Origin: an uncultured Alphaproteobacteria bacterium
Lineage (GTDB): Bacteria; Pseudomonadota; Alphaproteobacteria; HIMB59; GCA-002718135
Direction of reading: 5' to 3'
DNA length: 64,000 nt
NCBI GenBank assembly: GCA_902577425.1
Contig: CACGZD010000001.1
Span: 510,414-574,413 of the forward strand
The notes under the pieces were generated by a model, which saw only the letters and a program-made list of their open reading frames with translations, had not been told where the DNA came from and made no database searches. The translations under genes and the position numbers were made by a program. Shown here piece by piece: positions 1 to 12,623 of this stretch (position 1 is the first letter of the stretch; each line of letters opens with the position of its first letter).

Positions 1-1
1 T

Positions 2-43
2 GTAGACGGCTCTATAACAGTTGCAGACTGGTCACAAGAGTAA
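2..43 (+). CDS. 3' end of a probable BMP-family nucleoside ABC substrate-binding protein (partial)
   Basis: Frame 2 reads VDGSITVADWSQE-stop, like BMP lipoprotein C-termini; directly upstream of the ABC ATPase and two permeases. Confidence 0.55.
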   Translation, partial: VDGSITVADWSQE

Positions 44-85
44 CTTAGAAAAATATTTTGGTGAGACCTAAATAAAATATATTTT

Positions 86-1606
86 ATGGTCTCACCTATT
101 TTAGAACTAAAAGATATAAACAAATCTTTTGGACACGTTCACGCCAACAAAAATATTAATTTACAAATACATAAAGGAACTATTCACGGAATAATTGGTG
201 AAAATGGAGCAGGCAAATCAACCTTGATGAGTATTGTTTTTGGTCTTTATCAGGCTGATTCAGGAACAATAAAGATTAGCGGAAAAGAAATAAAGTTAAA
301 ATCACCACGTGATTCAATATTAAGTGGCATAGGTATGGTTCATCAACATTTTATGCTAGTGGAAAATTTTTCTGTTTTAGAAAATATTATTTTAGGCTTT
401 GAAGGTGAGCTTGTTTTTGGAAAAAATTTAGAAAAAGCAAAAGAAGATTTAAAAAATTTATGTGATACATATAAACTTAATATTGATCTAGAATCTACCA
501 TATCTGATTTATCAGTAGGATTTCGCCAAAGAGTTGAAATTCTAAAATCTTTGTATCGAGGTGCAGAAATACTTATTTTAGATGAGCCTACCGGAGTATT
601 AACCCCTCAAGAAGTAGACGAACTTTTTAAAATTTTGCGCTCTTTAAAAGAAGAAGGAAAAACGATAGTTTTAATTACTCATAAGTTAAATGAAATTATG
701 GATTTAACCAGCGAAGTTTCTGTTATGCGTCAAGGGGAGATGGTTGGCCATAAAAAAACAGAGTCTACTAATAAAGAAGATTTAGCAGAAATGATGGTTG
801 GTAGAAGTGTTTTACTCAGAATAAATAAGTCAGTTACAAAACCCGGTAATTCAGTTTTTAGTGTAAGGGATTTAGTAGTCAAAGATGATTTAGATGTTAC
901 TAGAGTTAAAAATGTAAATTTAGATATTCATGAAGGAGAAATATTAGGACTTGCCGGGGTTACTGGCAATGGACAAACAGAATTGCTAGAGGCTTTGTCA
1001 GGTATAAGAAAAATTGAATCAGGTGAGATTAAACTTTTTAATGAAACTATTTCTAATAAAAATAATTTTTTTGATCCTAAACGTTTAAAAGAAAAAGGCT
1101 TGGCGCATGTTCCTGAAGATCGCCAAAGAATGGGACTTGTTACGGATTTTAAAGCGCATGAAAATTTAATTTTTGGCTATCACCACCAAGAACCATTTTC
1201 AAAATCATCTATTCTTAAAGAAAAAGAAATATTGTCTTTTTCAAAAAAAGTGATGGAAGAATATGATGTAAGACCAAGATCACCCAATTTAATTACCTCT
1301 AATTTTTCGGGTGGCAATCAACAAAAAATTATTTTAAGTCGTGAGCTTAATGAAAACCCAAAAGTTTTATTAGTTGGTCAACCTACTAGAGGTGTAGATA
1401 TTGGGGCAATAGAATTTATTCATCAACGACTTATTGACATGAGAGATAAAGGTGCAGCCATACTTTTAGTTTCTGTTGAGTTAGAAGAAGTATTATCTTT
1501 GTCAGATAGAATTGTTGTTATGTTTGATGGAAATATTGTTGGAGAAAAAATTAATAAAGATGTAACTGATCGAGAATTAGGATTATTAATGGCAGGAGTT
1601 GCTTAA
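86..1606 (+). CDS. Nucleoside/sugar ABC transporter ATP-binding protein (two ABC domains)
   Basis: Walker A GENGAGKS, LDEPT, second domain FSGGNQQK and QPTRGVD (CUT2 family). Confidence 0.92.
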   Translation: MVSPILELKDINKSFGHVHANKNINLQIHKGTIHGIIGENGAGKSTLMSIVFGLYQADSGTIKISGKEIKLKSPRDSILSGIGMVHQHFMLVENFSVLENIILGFEGELVFGKNLEKAKEDLKNLCDTYKLNIDLESTISDLSVGFRQRVEILKSLYRGAEILILDEPTGVLTPQEVDELFKILRSLKEEGKTIVLITHKLNEIMDLTSEVSVMRQGEMVGHKKTESTNKEDLAEMMVGRSVLLRINKSVTKPGNSVFSVRDLVVKDDLDVTRVKNVNLDIHEGEILGLAGVTGNGQTELLEALSGIRKIESGEIKLFNETISNKNNFFDPKRLKEKGLAHVPEDRQRMGLVTDFKAHENLIFGYHHQEPFSKSSILKEKEILSFSKKVMEEYDVRPRSPNLITSNFSGGNQQKIILSRELNENPKVLLVGQPTRGVDIGAIEFIHQRLIDMRDKGAAILLVSVELEEVLSLSDRIVVMFDGNIVGEKINKDVTDRELGLLMAGVA

Positions 1607-2724
1607 TGACAACTACAGTTGATAAATCAAAAGTTCCTTGGTGGGTTGCAAACTTAATTGTTCCTCTTGTAAATTTACTTTTGGCGCTTTTAGTCTCGGG
1701 ACTGTTTATTTTTATTGCTGGAGAAAATCCTTTTCAAGCAGTTAGACTTATAATTTATGGATCATTTGGTTACATAGAAGGTTTTGCCTATACTCTTTAT
1801 TATACGACAAATTTTGTTTTTACTGGTTTAGCATTTGCCGTAGCTTTTCATTGCCGTCTCTTTAATATAGGGGGTGAGGGACAAGCATATATAGGGGGCT
1901 TGGGTGTATTTCTTGTTGCAATAAATTTTAGTTTTTTACCTGTTCCCGTAGTGTGGTTGTTGGCTACTGCAGGAGCAGTAGTTTTTGGCGCAGCTTGGGC
2001 ATACATACCTGCCTATCTTCAAGCAAAAAGAGGAAGCCATGTTGTCATTACAACTATTATGTTTAATTTTATAGCTTCGTCTTTAATGGTATTTTTACTT
2101 GTTGATGTAATTAGAGATTTTAAACAAATGGGACCTCATACAGTAGCACTTCCTAAAGAATTATGGCTCCCAACTTTTAAAGAATTAGCACACTTATTTG
2201 GATTAAAGATAAGGTACTCTCCTTTGAACCTATCTTTTTTAATTGCAATAGCTGCATCATTTTTTGTTTGGTTTTTAATTTGGAAAACAAAGTGGGGATA
2301 TGAAATGCGAGCAGTTGGACACAATACTAAAGCAGCAATCTATGCAGGAATTTCTCCTCATAAAAATATTATCATAGCTATGTTAATTTCAGGTGGTTTA
2401 GCAGGTATGTTAGGTATCAATGAAATTCTCGGTGTTCATCACAAAATTGTTGCTGGATTTCCAGCAGGATATGGATTTACAGGAATCGCAGTAGCTTTAA
2501 TGGGAAGAAACCACCCAGTAGGAATATTTCCAGCAGCTTTTCTTTTTGGCATCTTATACCAAGGAGGATCGGAAGTGACTTTTGATATGCCTAATATTAC
2601 AAGATATATGTTTGTAGCAGTACAAGGAGTAATTATTTTATTTAGTGGCGCTTTAGAAAACCTATTTAGACCTCAGATTGAAAGTTTTTTTGTAAATCGA
2701 ATTAATAAAGAGGAGATGGCGTAA
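1606..2724 (+). CDS. Nucleoside ABC transporter permease
   Basis: Hydrophobic; FNIGGEGQ and GITVALMGRNHP-like motifs; coupled to ATPase. Confidence 0.9.
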   Translation: MTTTVDKSKVPWWVANLIVPLVNLLLALLVSGLFIFIAGENPFQAVRLIIYGSFGYIEGFAYTLYYTTNFVFTGLAFAVAFHCRLFNIGGEGQAYIGGLGVFLVAINFSFLPVPVVWLLATAGAVVFGAAWAYIPAYLQAKRGSHVVITTIMFNFIASSLMVFLLVDVIRDFKQMGPHTVALPKELWLPTFKELAHLFGLKIRYSPLNLSFLIAIAASFFVWFLIWKTKWGYEMRAVGHNTKAAIYAGISPHKNIIIAMLISGGLAGMLGINEILGVHHKIVAGFPAGYGFTGIAVALMGRNHPVGIFPAAFLFGILYQGGSEVTFDMPNITRYMFVAVQGVIILFSGALENLFRPQIESFFVNRINKEEMA

Positions 2725-3695
2725 TGGACAGTTTAGCCGATATTGCCTCATTATTAAATTCAACATTTAGAATTTCTACACCATTAGTGTTCGCGGCAAT
2801 GGCAGGGCTTTTTGCCGAAAGATCAGGCGTAATAGATTTTGGTTTAGAAGGAAAGATGCTTGCAGCAGCTTTTGTTGCAGCAGTTGGTGCTTATTTTTTT
2901 GGATCCCCTTGGATAGGGTTACTTTTAGCTATTTTAGCTTGTGTTAGCCTTTCCATGCTTCATGGTTTTGCCTCAGTTACTCATAAGGGTGATCAAGTAG
3001 TATCTTGTGTAGCAATAAACATTTTAATGATTGGGTTGACTACTGCATTAGCTGCGGCTTGGTTTGGTCAAGCAGGACTGACGCCTACGCTTACAAGTGA
3101 ACAAAGATTTTTAGAAATCACGCTACCTTTTGCGGACGCCTTACAAAATGTTCCAATTATTGGTTTAGTTTATAGCGATATAATAAGTGGTCATTATATA
3201 TTTGTATATATCGCCTATTTGTCTGTCCCTATAGTTTTTTGGATTGTTTTTAAAACTAGTTTTGGTTTAAGGCTTAGAGCCGTAGGTGAAAATCCAAGCG
3301 CAGTTGATACAGCAGGAATAAATGTATTTTCAATGCGATATAAGGCACTTATGGTTAATGGAGTGTTAATTGCTTTTGCAGGGGCACATTTATCAACTGC
3401 AGTTAATGCTAATTTTTTTAGAGAAATGTCTGCAGGAAGAGGATACTTAGCTTTAGCTGCTTTAATTTTTGGAAAATGGCATCCAAAAACAGCTTTAATT
3501 GCTTGTTTATTATTTGGCTTTACTGATGCTTTACAAATTAGACTACAAGGAGTTGAACTACCAATGATTGGAACGATACCTGTTCAATTGATTCAGGCAA
3601 TACCTTATATTTTAACAGTAGTTCTTCTCGCAGGATTTGTAGGAAAGGCAATTGCTCCTAACGCTATTGGTCAGCCATACATTAAAGAGAGATAA
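2724..3695 (+). CDS. Nucleoside ABC transporter permease
   Basis: ERSGVIDFGLEG, GLRLRAVGENP, GRGYLALAALIFGKW motifs. Confidence 0.9.
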   Translation: MDSLADIASLLNSTFRISTPLVFAAMAGLFAERSGVIDFGLEGKMLAAAFVAAVGAYFFGSPWIGLLLAILACVSLSMLHGFASVTHKGDQVVSCVAINILMIGLTTALAAAWFGQAGLTPTLTSEQRFLEITLPFADALQNVPIIGLVYSDIISGHYIFVYIAYLSVPIVFWIVFKTSFGLRLRAVGENPSAVDTAGINVFSMRYKALMVNGVLIAFAGAHLSTAVNANFFREMSAGRGYLALAALIFGKWHPKTALIACLLFGFTDALQIRLQGVELPMIGTIPVQLIQAIPYILTVVLLAGFVGKAIAPNAIGQPYIKER

Positions 3696-3770
3696 AGCTA
3701 TATGACATTCCAAAGCGTTTTAGATAAATATGGAATTTATTTTTTTTATGGCTATATGTATAAATAATAT

Positions 3771-4184
3771 ATGAAATTAAATACTGTAGATAAAAATTTT
3801 CTTCGAAAAAGCGGTTTAAAGCCAACCACACAAAGATTAGCAATATATAAAATTTTATTTAGTGAAGGCGATAAACATTTTACAGCTGAAGAAATAAATA
3901 AACTTGCTATATCTAGAGGTTTTAAAATTTCAGTTGCTACAATTTACAATAACCTTAATCATTTCGTTGAAGCTGGTTTATTAAAGAAAAGGCAAGTTGA
4001 TAATAACCGATCTTATTTTGATAACAATGTAAGCGATCATTTTCATCTTTTTGATGAAGAGACAAATACACTTACTGATATTCCGTCTTCTTCTATAAAA
4101 TTTGCCAAGCTACCAAAATTACCCAAAAATAAACAAATAAAAAATATTAATTTAGTAATAAATATAAAAAAAAATCCAGTTTAG
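3771..4184 (+). CDS. irr: Iron response regulator Irr (Fur family)
   Basis: GLKPTTQR, HFTAEE, SVATIYNNL, YFDNNVSDHFH (HxH heme site); lacks CxxC; ICE-type operators found in the window. Confidence 0.8.
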   Translation: MKLNTVDKNFLRKSGLKPTTQRLAIYKILFSEGDKHFTAEEINKLAISRGFKISVATIYNNLNHFVEAGLLKKRQVDNNRSYFDNNVSDHFHLFDEETNTLTDIPSSSIKFAKLPKLPKNKQIKNINLVINIKKNPV

Positions 4185-4196
4185 AATAATTCTAGT
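4180..4196. promoter_or_regulatory. Irr operator (ICE) upstream of katG
   Basis: TTTAGAATAATTCTAGT vs ICE consensus TTTRGAAYNRTTCYAAA; abuts TTGACA (4200-4205)-N16-TAAATT; overlaps the irr stop codon. Confidence 0.7.
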
Positions 4197-4229
4197 CTAT
4201 TGACATTTTTAATTATAGACTTAAATTAA

Positions 4230-6380
<2,151 letters not shown>

Positions 6381-6448
6381 CCAGTATTATTATTTTAAAT
6401 TTACTTTTTATTAAGCTCATTTATCTTTAGAATGCATTTAAATTTATT

Positions 6449-7384
6449 ATGAGTACTTCTAAAACAATATCTATCATTGCACCTTTTTTTAATGAAGAAG
6501 AAAGTTTACCAATTTTTTTAGATGAAATTTCTAAAGTTGATGATCAAACTACTAATTATAATTTTGAAATAATATTTATAGATGATGGAAGTACTGATAG
6601 CAGTCTTAATTTTTTAAAAAAAATTGCTGAAAACAATAAAAATATTATTATTCTCGAATTATCAAGAAATTTTGGAAAAGAAGCAGCTTTAACTGCAGGA
6701 ATAGATACAGCTATTGGTTCGGCTATAATCCCAATAGATGTTGATTTGCAGGACCCTCCTAATTTAATTAATGATATGATAAAAAAGTGGGAGTCTGGCT
6801 TTGATATTGTCCTAGCAAAAAGAAACAATAGGTTAAATGAAAATCTTTTAAAAAGATTATCCGCAAGTTTTTTTTATAAAATTTATTCTTTGTTTGTTGG
6901 AGATTCAAAAAATTCAAATGTAGGTGATTTTAGATTAATTGATAGAAAGGTAATAGATAATATAAAAAATCTAAAAGAAAAAAATAGATACATGAAAGGC
7001 CTTCTAAGCTGGCCTGGATTTTCAACTTCAGAAATTACTTACACTCGAAATAAAAGAAAAGCTGGCAAAACTAAGTTTACATTTTTAAAATTATTAAACT
7101 TGGGTTTTGAGGGTATTACTTCTTTTAGTATATTACCTTTGAAATTTTTTATGTTTATAGGATTTACAGGTATTGTCTTATCTGTTCTTTTTGCAATTAT
7201 AATTCTTCTGCAAAAATTACTTTATGATAATTTTATTGAAGGCTATGCTTTTTTAATTCTTTTAATTTTATTTTTTGGAAGTTTACAACTATTTGGTATT
7301 GGGATTCTTGGAGAGTATATTGGGAAAATATATATAGAAACAAAAAATAGACCAATATACATTATTAAAAATCGATATAATTAG
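6449..7384 (+). CDS. GT2 polyprenyl-phosphate glycosyltransferase (GtrB/ArnC-like)
   Basis: FIDDGSTD, LSRNFGKEAAL, IDVDLQDPP, GDFRLIDR, two C-terminal TM helices, ETKNRPIY. Confidence 0.88.
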   Translation: MSTSKTISIIAPFFNEEESLPIFLDEISKVDDQTTNYNFEIIFIDDGSTDSSLNFLKKIAENNKNIIILELSRNFGKEAALTAGIDTAIGSAIIPIDVDLQDPPNLINDMIKKWESGFDIVLAKRNNRLNENLLKRLSASFFYKIYSLFVGDSKNSNVGDFRLIDRKVIDNIKNLKEKNRYMKGLLSWPGFSTSEITYTRNKRKAGKTKFTFLKLLNLGFEGITSFSILPLKFFMFIGFTGIVLSVLFAIIILLQKLLYDNFIEGYAFLILLILFFGSLQLFGIGILGEYIGKIYIETKNRPIYIIKNRYN

Positions 7385-7392
7385 AGATTATT

Positions 7393-8121
7393 TTGGATTC
7401 AGATTCTTTTTTAGAAATGGCCAGATTTGAAGAAAATCATTGGTGGTTTTGTGGACGCAGAAAAATTTTAGATTATTTTTTAAAAAAAATAAAATTAAAA
7501 AAAAATGCCAAAATTTTAGAGATTGGCTGCGGCACTGGATCTAATTTAAAGATGTTAAAAAACTATGGTTTAGTGTCTGCTATGGAGCCAAGTGAAGATG
7601 CCATTAATTATTTAAGAAAAAAGAATTTAACTGAAATAAACTTTAGTAAAGGAAAATGTCCAGAAGATATAAATTTTGAGGATAAATTCGATTTAATTTG
7701 TATGTTTGATGTTTTGGAGCATATCGATGAGGATAGCGAAACTTTATTAAAAACAATTAAAGGTTTAAAAAATAATGGAAGATTATTTATAACTGTCCCA
7801 GCTTATCAATGGTTATGGAGTCAGCATGATATTAATTTAATGCATAAAAGAAGATACAACAGCAATACATTAAAAAATTTAATAAAAAATTTTGATATTA
7901 AAATAGAGCATATAACTTATTTTAATACTATTTTATTTCCCCTAGCATTACTCGATAGGATTGCTCAAAAAATTATAAAAAATAATAGTAAAAATAATAA
8001 ATTTCCCAATTATTTTTTAAACATTTTTTTTAAAATAATCTTTAATTTTGAAAAAATATTGCTGAAGTTTTTTTATTTTCCTTTTGGTCTTTCATTGTTG
8101 CTAATCATAAAGAAAGTTTAG
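7393..8121 (+). CDS. Class I SAM-dependent methyltransferase
   Basis: LEIGCGTG motif I, FDVLEHI, VPAYQWLWSQHD...HKRRY; TTG start. Confidence 0.82.
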   Translation: MDSDSFLEMARFEENHWWFCGRRKILDYFLKKIKLKKNAKILEIGCGTGSNLKMLKNYGLVSAMEPSEDAINYLRKKNLTEINFSKGKCPEDINFEDKFDLICMFDVLEHIDEDSETLLKTIKGLKNNGRLFITVPAYQWLWSQHDINLMHKRRYNSNTLKNLIKNFDIKIEHITYFNTILFPLALLDRIAQKIIKNNSKNNKFPNYFLNIFFKIIFNFEKILLKFFYFPFGLSLLLIIKKV

Positions 8122-8130
8122 TACGTATCC

Positions 8131-8176
8131 CGCACACTAGGGTTGAACTCCTAACCTCCAGATCCGTAGCCCGGTG
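8131..8176 (-). pseudogene. Decayed 3' fragment of tRNA-Arg(ACG)
   Basis: Minus strand CACCGGG-CT-ACG-GA-TCTGG-AGGTT-AGGAG-TTCAACC: paired anticodon stem, ACG anticodon (8167-8165), variable loop and T-loop start; T-stem 3' side decayed, no D-arm or 5' half. Confidence 0.55.
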
Positions 8177-8573
8177 ACCATTTTGGGGGTGCTAATTCAA
8201 AATCTTTATAGTCAAAAGCTGGAGCAACAGTACATCCAATTAGAGAATATTTGCCATTACTTTTCATACTAAACCAAGTACCTGCTTTTATTATCAAATG
8301 ATTATTCTCATCTTTATCAATATTGTGTCCAAGAATTTTGGTTACTGAACTTTTTCCGTCCTCTGAAATATATACGGATAAAGTATCTCCACTATAAAAA
8401 TGTAATATTTCATTTTTAGTTAATTTGTGCCAATGAGAAGTTTGATCTTTTTTAAGTAAATAATAAATTAAACTCACATTGTTTTCTTTATCGCGAAATG
8501 ATTCGGCAAAATATCCACCCTCAGGATGTGGAATCATTTTCAATTTTTCAATTAATTTTTCAGGGTCAATCAT
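8151..8573 (-). CDS. Cupin_5 / DUF985 family protein
   Basis: HPEGGYFAES, IYYLL, SHWHKL..EILHFYSG, GCTVAPAFDYKDFELA. Confidence 0.88.
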   Translation of the reverse strand: MIDPEKLIEKLKMIPHPEGGYFAESFRDKENNVSLIYYLLKKDQTSHWHKLTKNEILHFYSGDTLSVYISEDGKSSVTKILGHNIDKDENNHLIIKAGTWFSMKSNGKYSLIGCTVAPAFDYKDFELAPPKWSPGYGSGG

Positions 8574-8590
8574 AAATAAAGACTAGTATT

Positions 8591-9181
8591 TTATATTAAA
8601 TGACCAAGTTTTTTTATTTTTGTTGATATATATTTTTCATTATATTTATTGGTATCTGAAGTAAGAGCAACTCTTTGATTAACAACTATACCCATATTTT
8701 TTAATGCATTAATTTTTTTTGGATTATTTGTCATTAAATCTATTTTTTTTATTCCAAGAAAATTAATCATCCCTGAAATATTTTCATACTCTCTTTCATC
8801 TTCTTTAAAGCCTAATTGATGGTTTGCTTCTACAGTATCAAATCCCTTATCTTGAAGATTATAAGCTCGAATTTTGTTGGATAACCCAATTCCTCTTCCT
8901 TCTTGTTGCAGATAAAAAACTACACCACGACCTTTTTCAGCAATTTGCACCAAAGATTCTGTTAATTGATATCTACAATCACAGCGCATACTAAAAAATG
9001 ATTCCCCTGTTATACATTGCGAATGCACTCTACATAGAACAGGTTCATTAGTTAATAAATCACCCATACTTATTGCTAAGTGATCTTTAGAGTTCTCTTC
9101 ATCTGTAAACGCATGTACTTTAAATTCACCTACATCAGTAGGAAGGTTACTTGATTCAATAAACTTTAATTTTTTTTCCAT
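8591..9181 (-). CDS. ribA: GTP cyclohydrolase II (monofunctional)
   Basis: RVHSQCITGE..SMRCDC zinc motif, QEGRGIGL, LMTNNPKK; no RibB domain. Confidence 0.95.
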   Translation of the reverse strand: MEKKLKFIESSNLPTDVGEFKVHAFTDEENSKDHLAISMGDLLTNEPVLCRVHSQCITGESFFSMRCDCRYQLTESLVQIAEKGRGVVFYLQQEGRGIGLSNKIRAYNLQDKGFDTVEANHQLGFKEDEREYENISGMINFLGIKKIDLMTNNPKKINALKNMGIVVNQRVALTSDTNKYNEKYISTKIKKLGHLI

Positions 9182-9222
9182 TTTTAATTATGCTTTAATG
9201 TTTTATTTATTTTTGTAAATAA

Positions 9223-9699
9223 CTATAATTTAGTAGGATTAGGAGAGTTCCCATAAACATCTTTTGGATCAAAAACCTTTTCTTTTTCTTCAAATTTGAG
9301 CTTTATTTTCTTAAAATTTTTATCTTTAATAGAAATACTTCTATAAAAACATGATCTATAACCTACATGACAACTAGCCCCCCCTACAACATCTACTCTA
9401 AGCCAAATACTATCTTGATCATCATCAATTCTTATTTCTTTAATTGTTTGAACAAGTCCACTAGTCTTACCTTTGTGCCATAATGTTTGTCTACTCCGTG
9501 AATAATAAACCGCTTCACCTAAACTGATTGTTTTTTTTAGCGCTTCTTCATTCATATAACCCTGCATTAAAACTTCTCCAGAACTAAAATCAGTAGTTAC
9601 AACAGGTATTAAACCGTCTTGATCAAATTTAGGCGCTAATTCAGTTGACTCTTCAACTTGTTCGATTGTTTTTCTTTTTTCAAAATTCACTTCATTCAT
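9223..9699 (-). CDS. hisI: Phosphoribosyl-AMP cyclohydrolase
   Basis: [33 protein letters not shown]. Confidence 0.95.
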   Translation of the reverse strand: MNEVNFEKRKTIEQVEESTELAPKFDQDGLIPVVTTDFSSGEVLMQGYMNEEALKKTISLGEAVYYSRSRQTLWHKGKTSGLVQTIKEIRIDDDQDSIWLRVDVVGGASCHVGYRSCFYRSISIKDKNFKKIKLKFEEKEKVFDPKDVYGNSPNPTKL

Positions 9700-10696
9700 T
9701 TTTTAGTTCCTCTGCAATTTGTTTTGCAAAATAGGTTAAAATACCATCTGCACCAGCTCTTTTAAATGATAAAAGAGACTCTTTAATAACTTTTGATTCC
9801 AACCATCCATTATTAACAGCTCCTTTAATCATCGAATATTCGCCTGATACTTGATAGGCAAATGTTGGAACTTGAAACTCTGATTTAACGCGTTGAATAA
9901 CATCAAGATAAGGCATGCCTGGTTTAATCATTACCATATCAGCGCCTTCTTTAATATCTAGCGCAACCTCTCTAAGGGCTTCGTTACTATTTGCAACATC
10001 CATCTGGTAGGAAGATTTACTCCCCCCTTTCAAATTCCCAGAAGAACTAATAGCATCTCTAAAAGGACCATAAAATTTTGACGCATATTTTGCAGCATAC
10101 GAAAGGATCAAAGTATTTTCATATTTGTTTTGATCCAAAATGTTTCTTATTCTTCCAATTCTTCCATCCATCATATCTGAAGGAGCAATAATATCACAGC
10201 CTGCAACAGCTTGGACAAGTGCTTGTTGCTCCAATATTTCCAGAGTTGCATCATTATGAATAACATCATCAACAATAATGCCATCATGTCCATGATTTGT
10301 ATATGGATCAAGTGCAACATCACAAATAACACCAAGATCAGGAAAATTTTGTTTAATAGCTTTTATACTTCTGCAAATTAAATTATTTTCATCAACTGCT
10401 TGGGATCCATTTTCATCTTTTAATGAATTTTCAACTTGGGGAAATAACGCAACTGCTGGTATTTTTAGGTTAATAACAGTTTCTAATTCTTTTAAGATAT
10501 TATTAATTGAATATCTAAAAACACCTGGCATTGATTTTATTTCATCTGCAATATTGTTACCCTCACAAACAAAGATGGGCCATATTAGATCATTTACTGA
10601 TAAATTATTTTCACTAATCATTCTTCTTGTAAAATCTTTCATACGAAGTCTTCTTAATCGTGTTGATGGAAATTTTCCTAATTTAATATTTGACAT
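9692..10696 (-). CDS. hemB: Porphobilinogen synthase (Asp-rich, Zn-independent type)
   Basis: [46 protein letters not shown]. Confidence 0.97.
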   Translation of the reverse strand: MSNIKLGKFPSTRLRRLRMKDFTRRMISENNLSVNDLIWPIFVCEGNNIADEIKSMPGVFRYSINNILKELETVINLKIPAVALFPQVENSLKDENGSQAVDENNLICRSIKAIKQNFPDLGVICDVALDPYTNHGHDGIIVDDVIHNDATLEILEQQALVQAVAGCDIIAPSDMMDGRIGRIRNILDQNKYENTLILSYAAKYASKFYGPFRDAISSSGNLKGGSKSSYQMDVANSNEALREVALDIKEGADMVMIKPGMPYLDVIQRVKSEFQVPTFAYQVSGEYSMIKGAVNNGWLESKVIKESLLSFKRAGADGILTYFAKQIAEELKNE

Positions 10697-10697
10697 A

Positions 10698-12623
10698 TTA
10701 ATTTATTGGAGAAAGAGATTCTTTTTGGAGACTCTTTATTAGTTCATCAAGTTTTATACTTTTTGTATTTTGATTTCCAAGTCTTCGAACAGACACAGTT
10801 TTTTCATCAGCTTCTTTTTTTCCTACAGCAAGAATTACTGGGACCTTTGCATTGCTATGTTCTCGAATTTTATAACCAATTTTTTCATTTCGTATATCCA
10901 CTTCAGTTACTAATCCACTTTTAGTTAATTGATCTTTAACATTAAAAGCATAGTTATCTGACTCAGAAGTTATCGTAGCAACCACAATTTGTAACGGAGA
11001 TAACCAAAGTGGTAAATGTCCAGCATAGTGTTCAATTAAAATACCTGTGAATCTCTCTAGAGAACCAAAAAGAGCTCTATGCAACATCACTGGAACTTTC
11101 TTTTGTCCATCTTCAGCTACATAGGTTGCACCAAGTCTTCCAGGTAAATTTAAATCAACTTGAAGTGTTCCACATTGCCAATCTCTTCCAATGGCATCTC
11201 GAAGAACAAATTCAAGTTTGGGTCCATAAAAAGCACCCTCTCCTGGGTTAAGTGTGTATTCAAGTCCTGTTGCTTCCATAGCTTGCATTAATGCCGCCTC
11301 AGCTTTATCCCAAACAACATCATCTCCAACTCGCTTTTCAGGTCTATCAGAAAATTTAATCCTTACACTATCAAAGCCAAAATCTTTATAGATACTAAGT
11401 ATTAGGTCGCACACAGTTTTGCTTTCTTGAGTTATTTGATCTTCTGTACAAAATATATGTGCATCATCTTGTGTAAATGCTCTTACTCGCATTAAACCAT
11501 GTAATGCTCCTGAAGGTTCATAACGATGGACCTTCCCAAATTCAGATAATAGAAATGGAAGATCTCGGTAACTCTTTAAACCTTGTTTGAAAACTTCAAC
11601 AGCGCCAGGACAATTCATTGGTTTAATTGCATATATTTTTTCATCTTTTGCTTCAGTCCTGAACATCATTTCACTAAATTTATCCCAGTGACCAGAAGTT
11701 TCCCACAAAGATTTATCCATCATGTCTGGTGTGTTTGTTTCTACATAACCTGCATCATCTTGTCTTTTTCGCATATAATTTATTAAAGATTGAAATAATT
11801 TCCACCCTTTGGGATGCCAAAAAACTGCTCCAGGAGCCTCTTCTTGAAAATGAAACAAATTCATTTCTTTTCCAAGTTTTCGATGATCTCTTTTTTCTGC
11901 CTCTTCTATTTGTAGCAAATGACTTTCTAATTCCTTTTCATTTCTCCACGCTGTTCCATAAATACGTGTAAGCATTGCATTATTGGAGTCTCCTCTCCAA
12001 TATGCACCTGCTACTTTCATTAATTTAAACCCTTTACCAATTTGTTTAGTGCTCATCATATGTGGACCACGACAAAGATCTAACCATTCTCCTTGTTTAT
12101 ATACTGTTATTTCTTCATCTTCTTTTAAGTCTTCAATTAGCTCAACCTTATATTCTTCACCTTTGCTTTTAAAAAATTTTATAGCTTCATCTCTTGACCA
12201 AACTTCTCTTGTAAACTTTTCATTCCTATTAATAATTTCATGCATTTTTTTTTCTATTTTAGGTAAGTCTGAAATAGCAAAAGGTTCTTTACGAGCAAAG
12301 TCATAATAAAAACCATTTTCAATTGAAGGACCTATTGTGACTTGTGTACCCGGATATAAAGATTGAACAGCTTCTGCCATTACATGAGCACAATCATGTC
12401 GAATAATGTCCAAAGCTTCATCATCCTCTTTTGTTAAAATTTGAATTTCAGAGTCATTTTCAACTGTTCTTGATAAATCTAATATTTTTCCATTAACCTT
12501 AAAAGCAATGGCTGTCTTAGAGAGAGAAATAGAAATTTGTTTAGCTATATCAAAGCCACTTAAACCCTTTTCTATTTTAGCAGATTTTCCATCAGGAAAT
12601 TTAATATTTATTAAATCAGCCAT
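10698..12623 (-). CDS. thrS: Threonyl-tRNA synthetase
   Basis: TGS and editing domains, KPMNCP, HRYEPSG, MLHRA; start moved to the ATG in the TAATG overlap with the cysS stop. Confidence 0.97.
   Translation of the reverse strand: MADLINIKFPDGKSAKIEKGLSGFDIAKQISISLSKTAIAFKVNGKILDLSRTVENDSEIQILTKEDDEALDIIRHDCAHVMAEAVQSLYPGTQVTIGPSIENGFYYDFARKEPFAISDLPKIEKKMHEIINRNEKFTREVWSRDEAIKFFKSKGEEYKVELIEDLKEDEEITVYKQGEWLDLCRGPHMMSTKQIGKGFKLMKVAGAYWRGDSNNAMLTRIYGTAWRNEKELESHLLQIEEAEKRDHRKLGKEMNLFHFQEEAPGAVFWHPKGWKLFQSLINYMRKRQDDAGYVETNTPDMMDKSLWETSGHWDKFSEMMFRTEAKDEKIYAIKPMNCPGAVEVFKQGLKSYRDLPFLLSEFGKVHRYEPSGALHGLMRVRAFTQDDAHIFCTEDQITQESKTVCDLILSIYKDFGFDSVRIKFSDRPEKRVGDDVVWDKAEAALMQAMEATGLEYTLNPGEGAFYGPKLEFVLRDAIGRDWQCGTLQVDLNLPGRLGATYVAEDGQKKVPVMLHRALFGSLERFTGILIEHYAGHLPLWLSPLQIVVATITSESDNYAFNVKDQLTKSGLVTEVDIRNEKIGYKIREHSNAKVPVILAVGKKEADEKTVSVRRLGNQNTKSIKLDELIKSLQKESLSPIN

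Noticed and set aside
6426-6442. ICE-like TTTAGAA-TGC-ATTTAAA before the glycosyltransferase
   Set aside because: Right half-site has two mismatches; likely chance in AT-rich DNA.
6449-8176. Prophage or intact gtrABC serotype-conversion cassette
   Set aside because: No integrase, phage gene, gtrA or gtrC.
8121-8210. Intact tRNA gene
   Set aside because: No D-arm or acceptor 5' strand, T-stem broken, no CCA.
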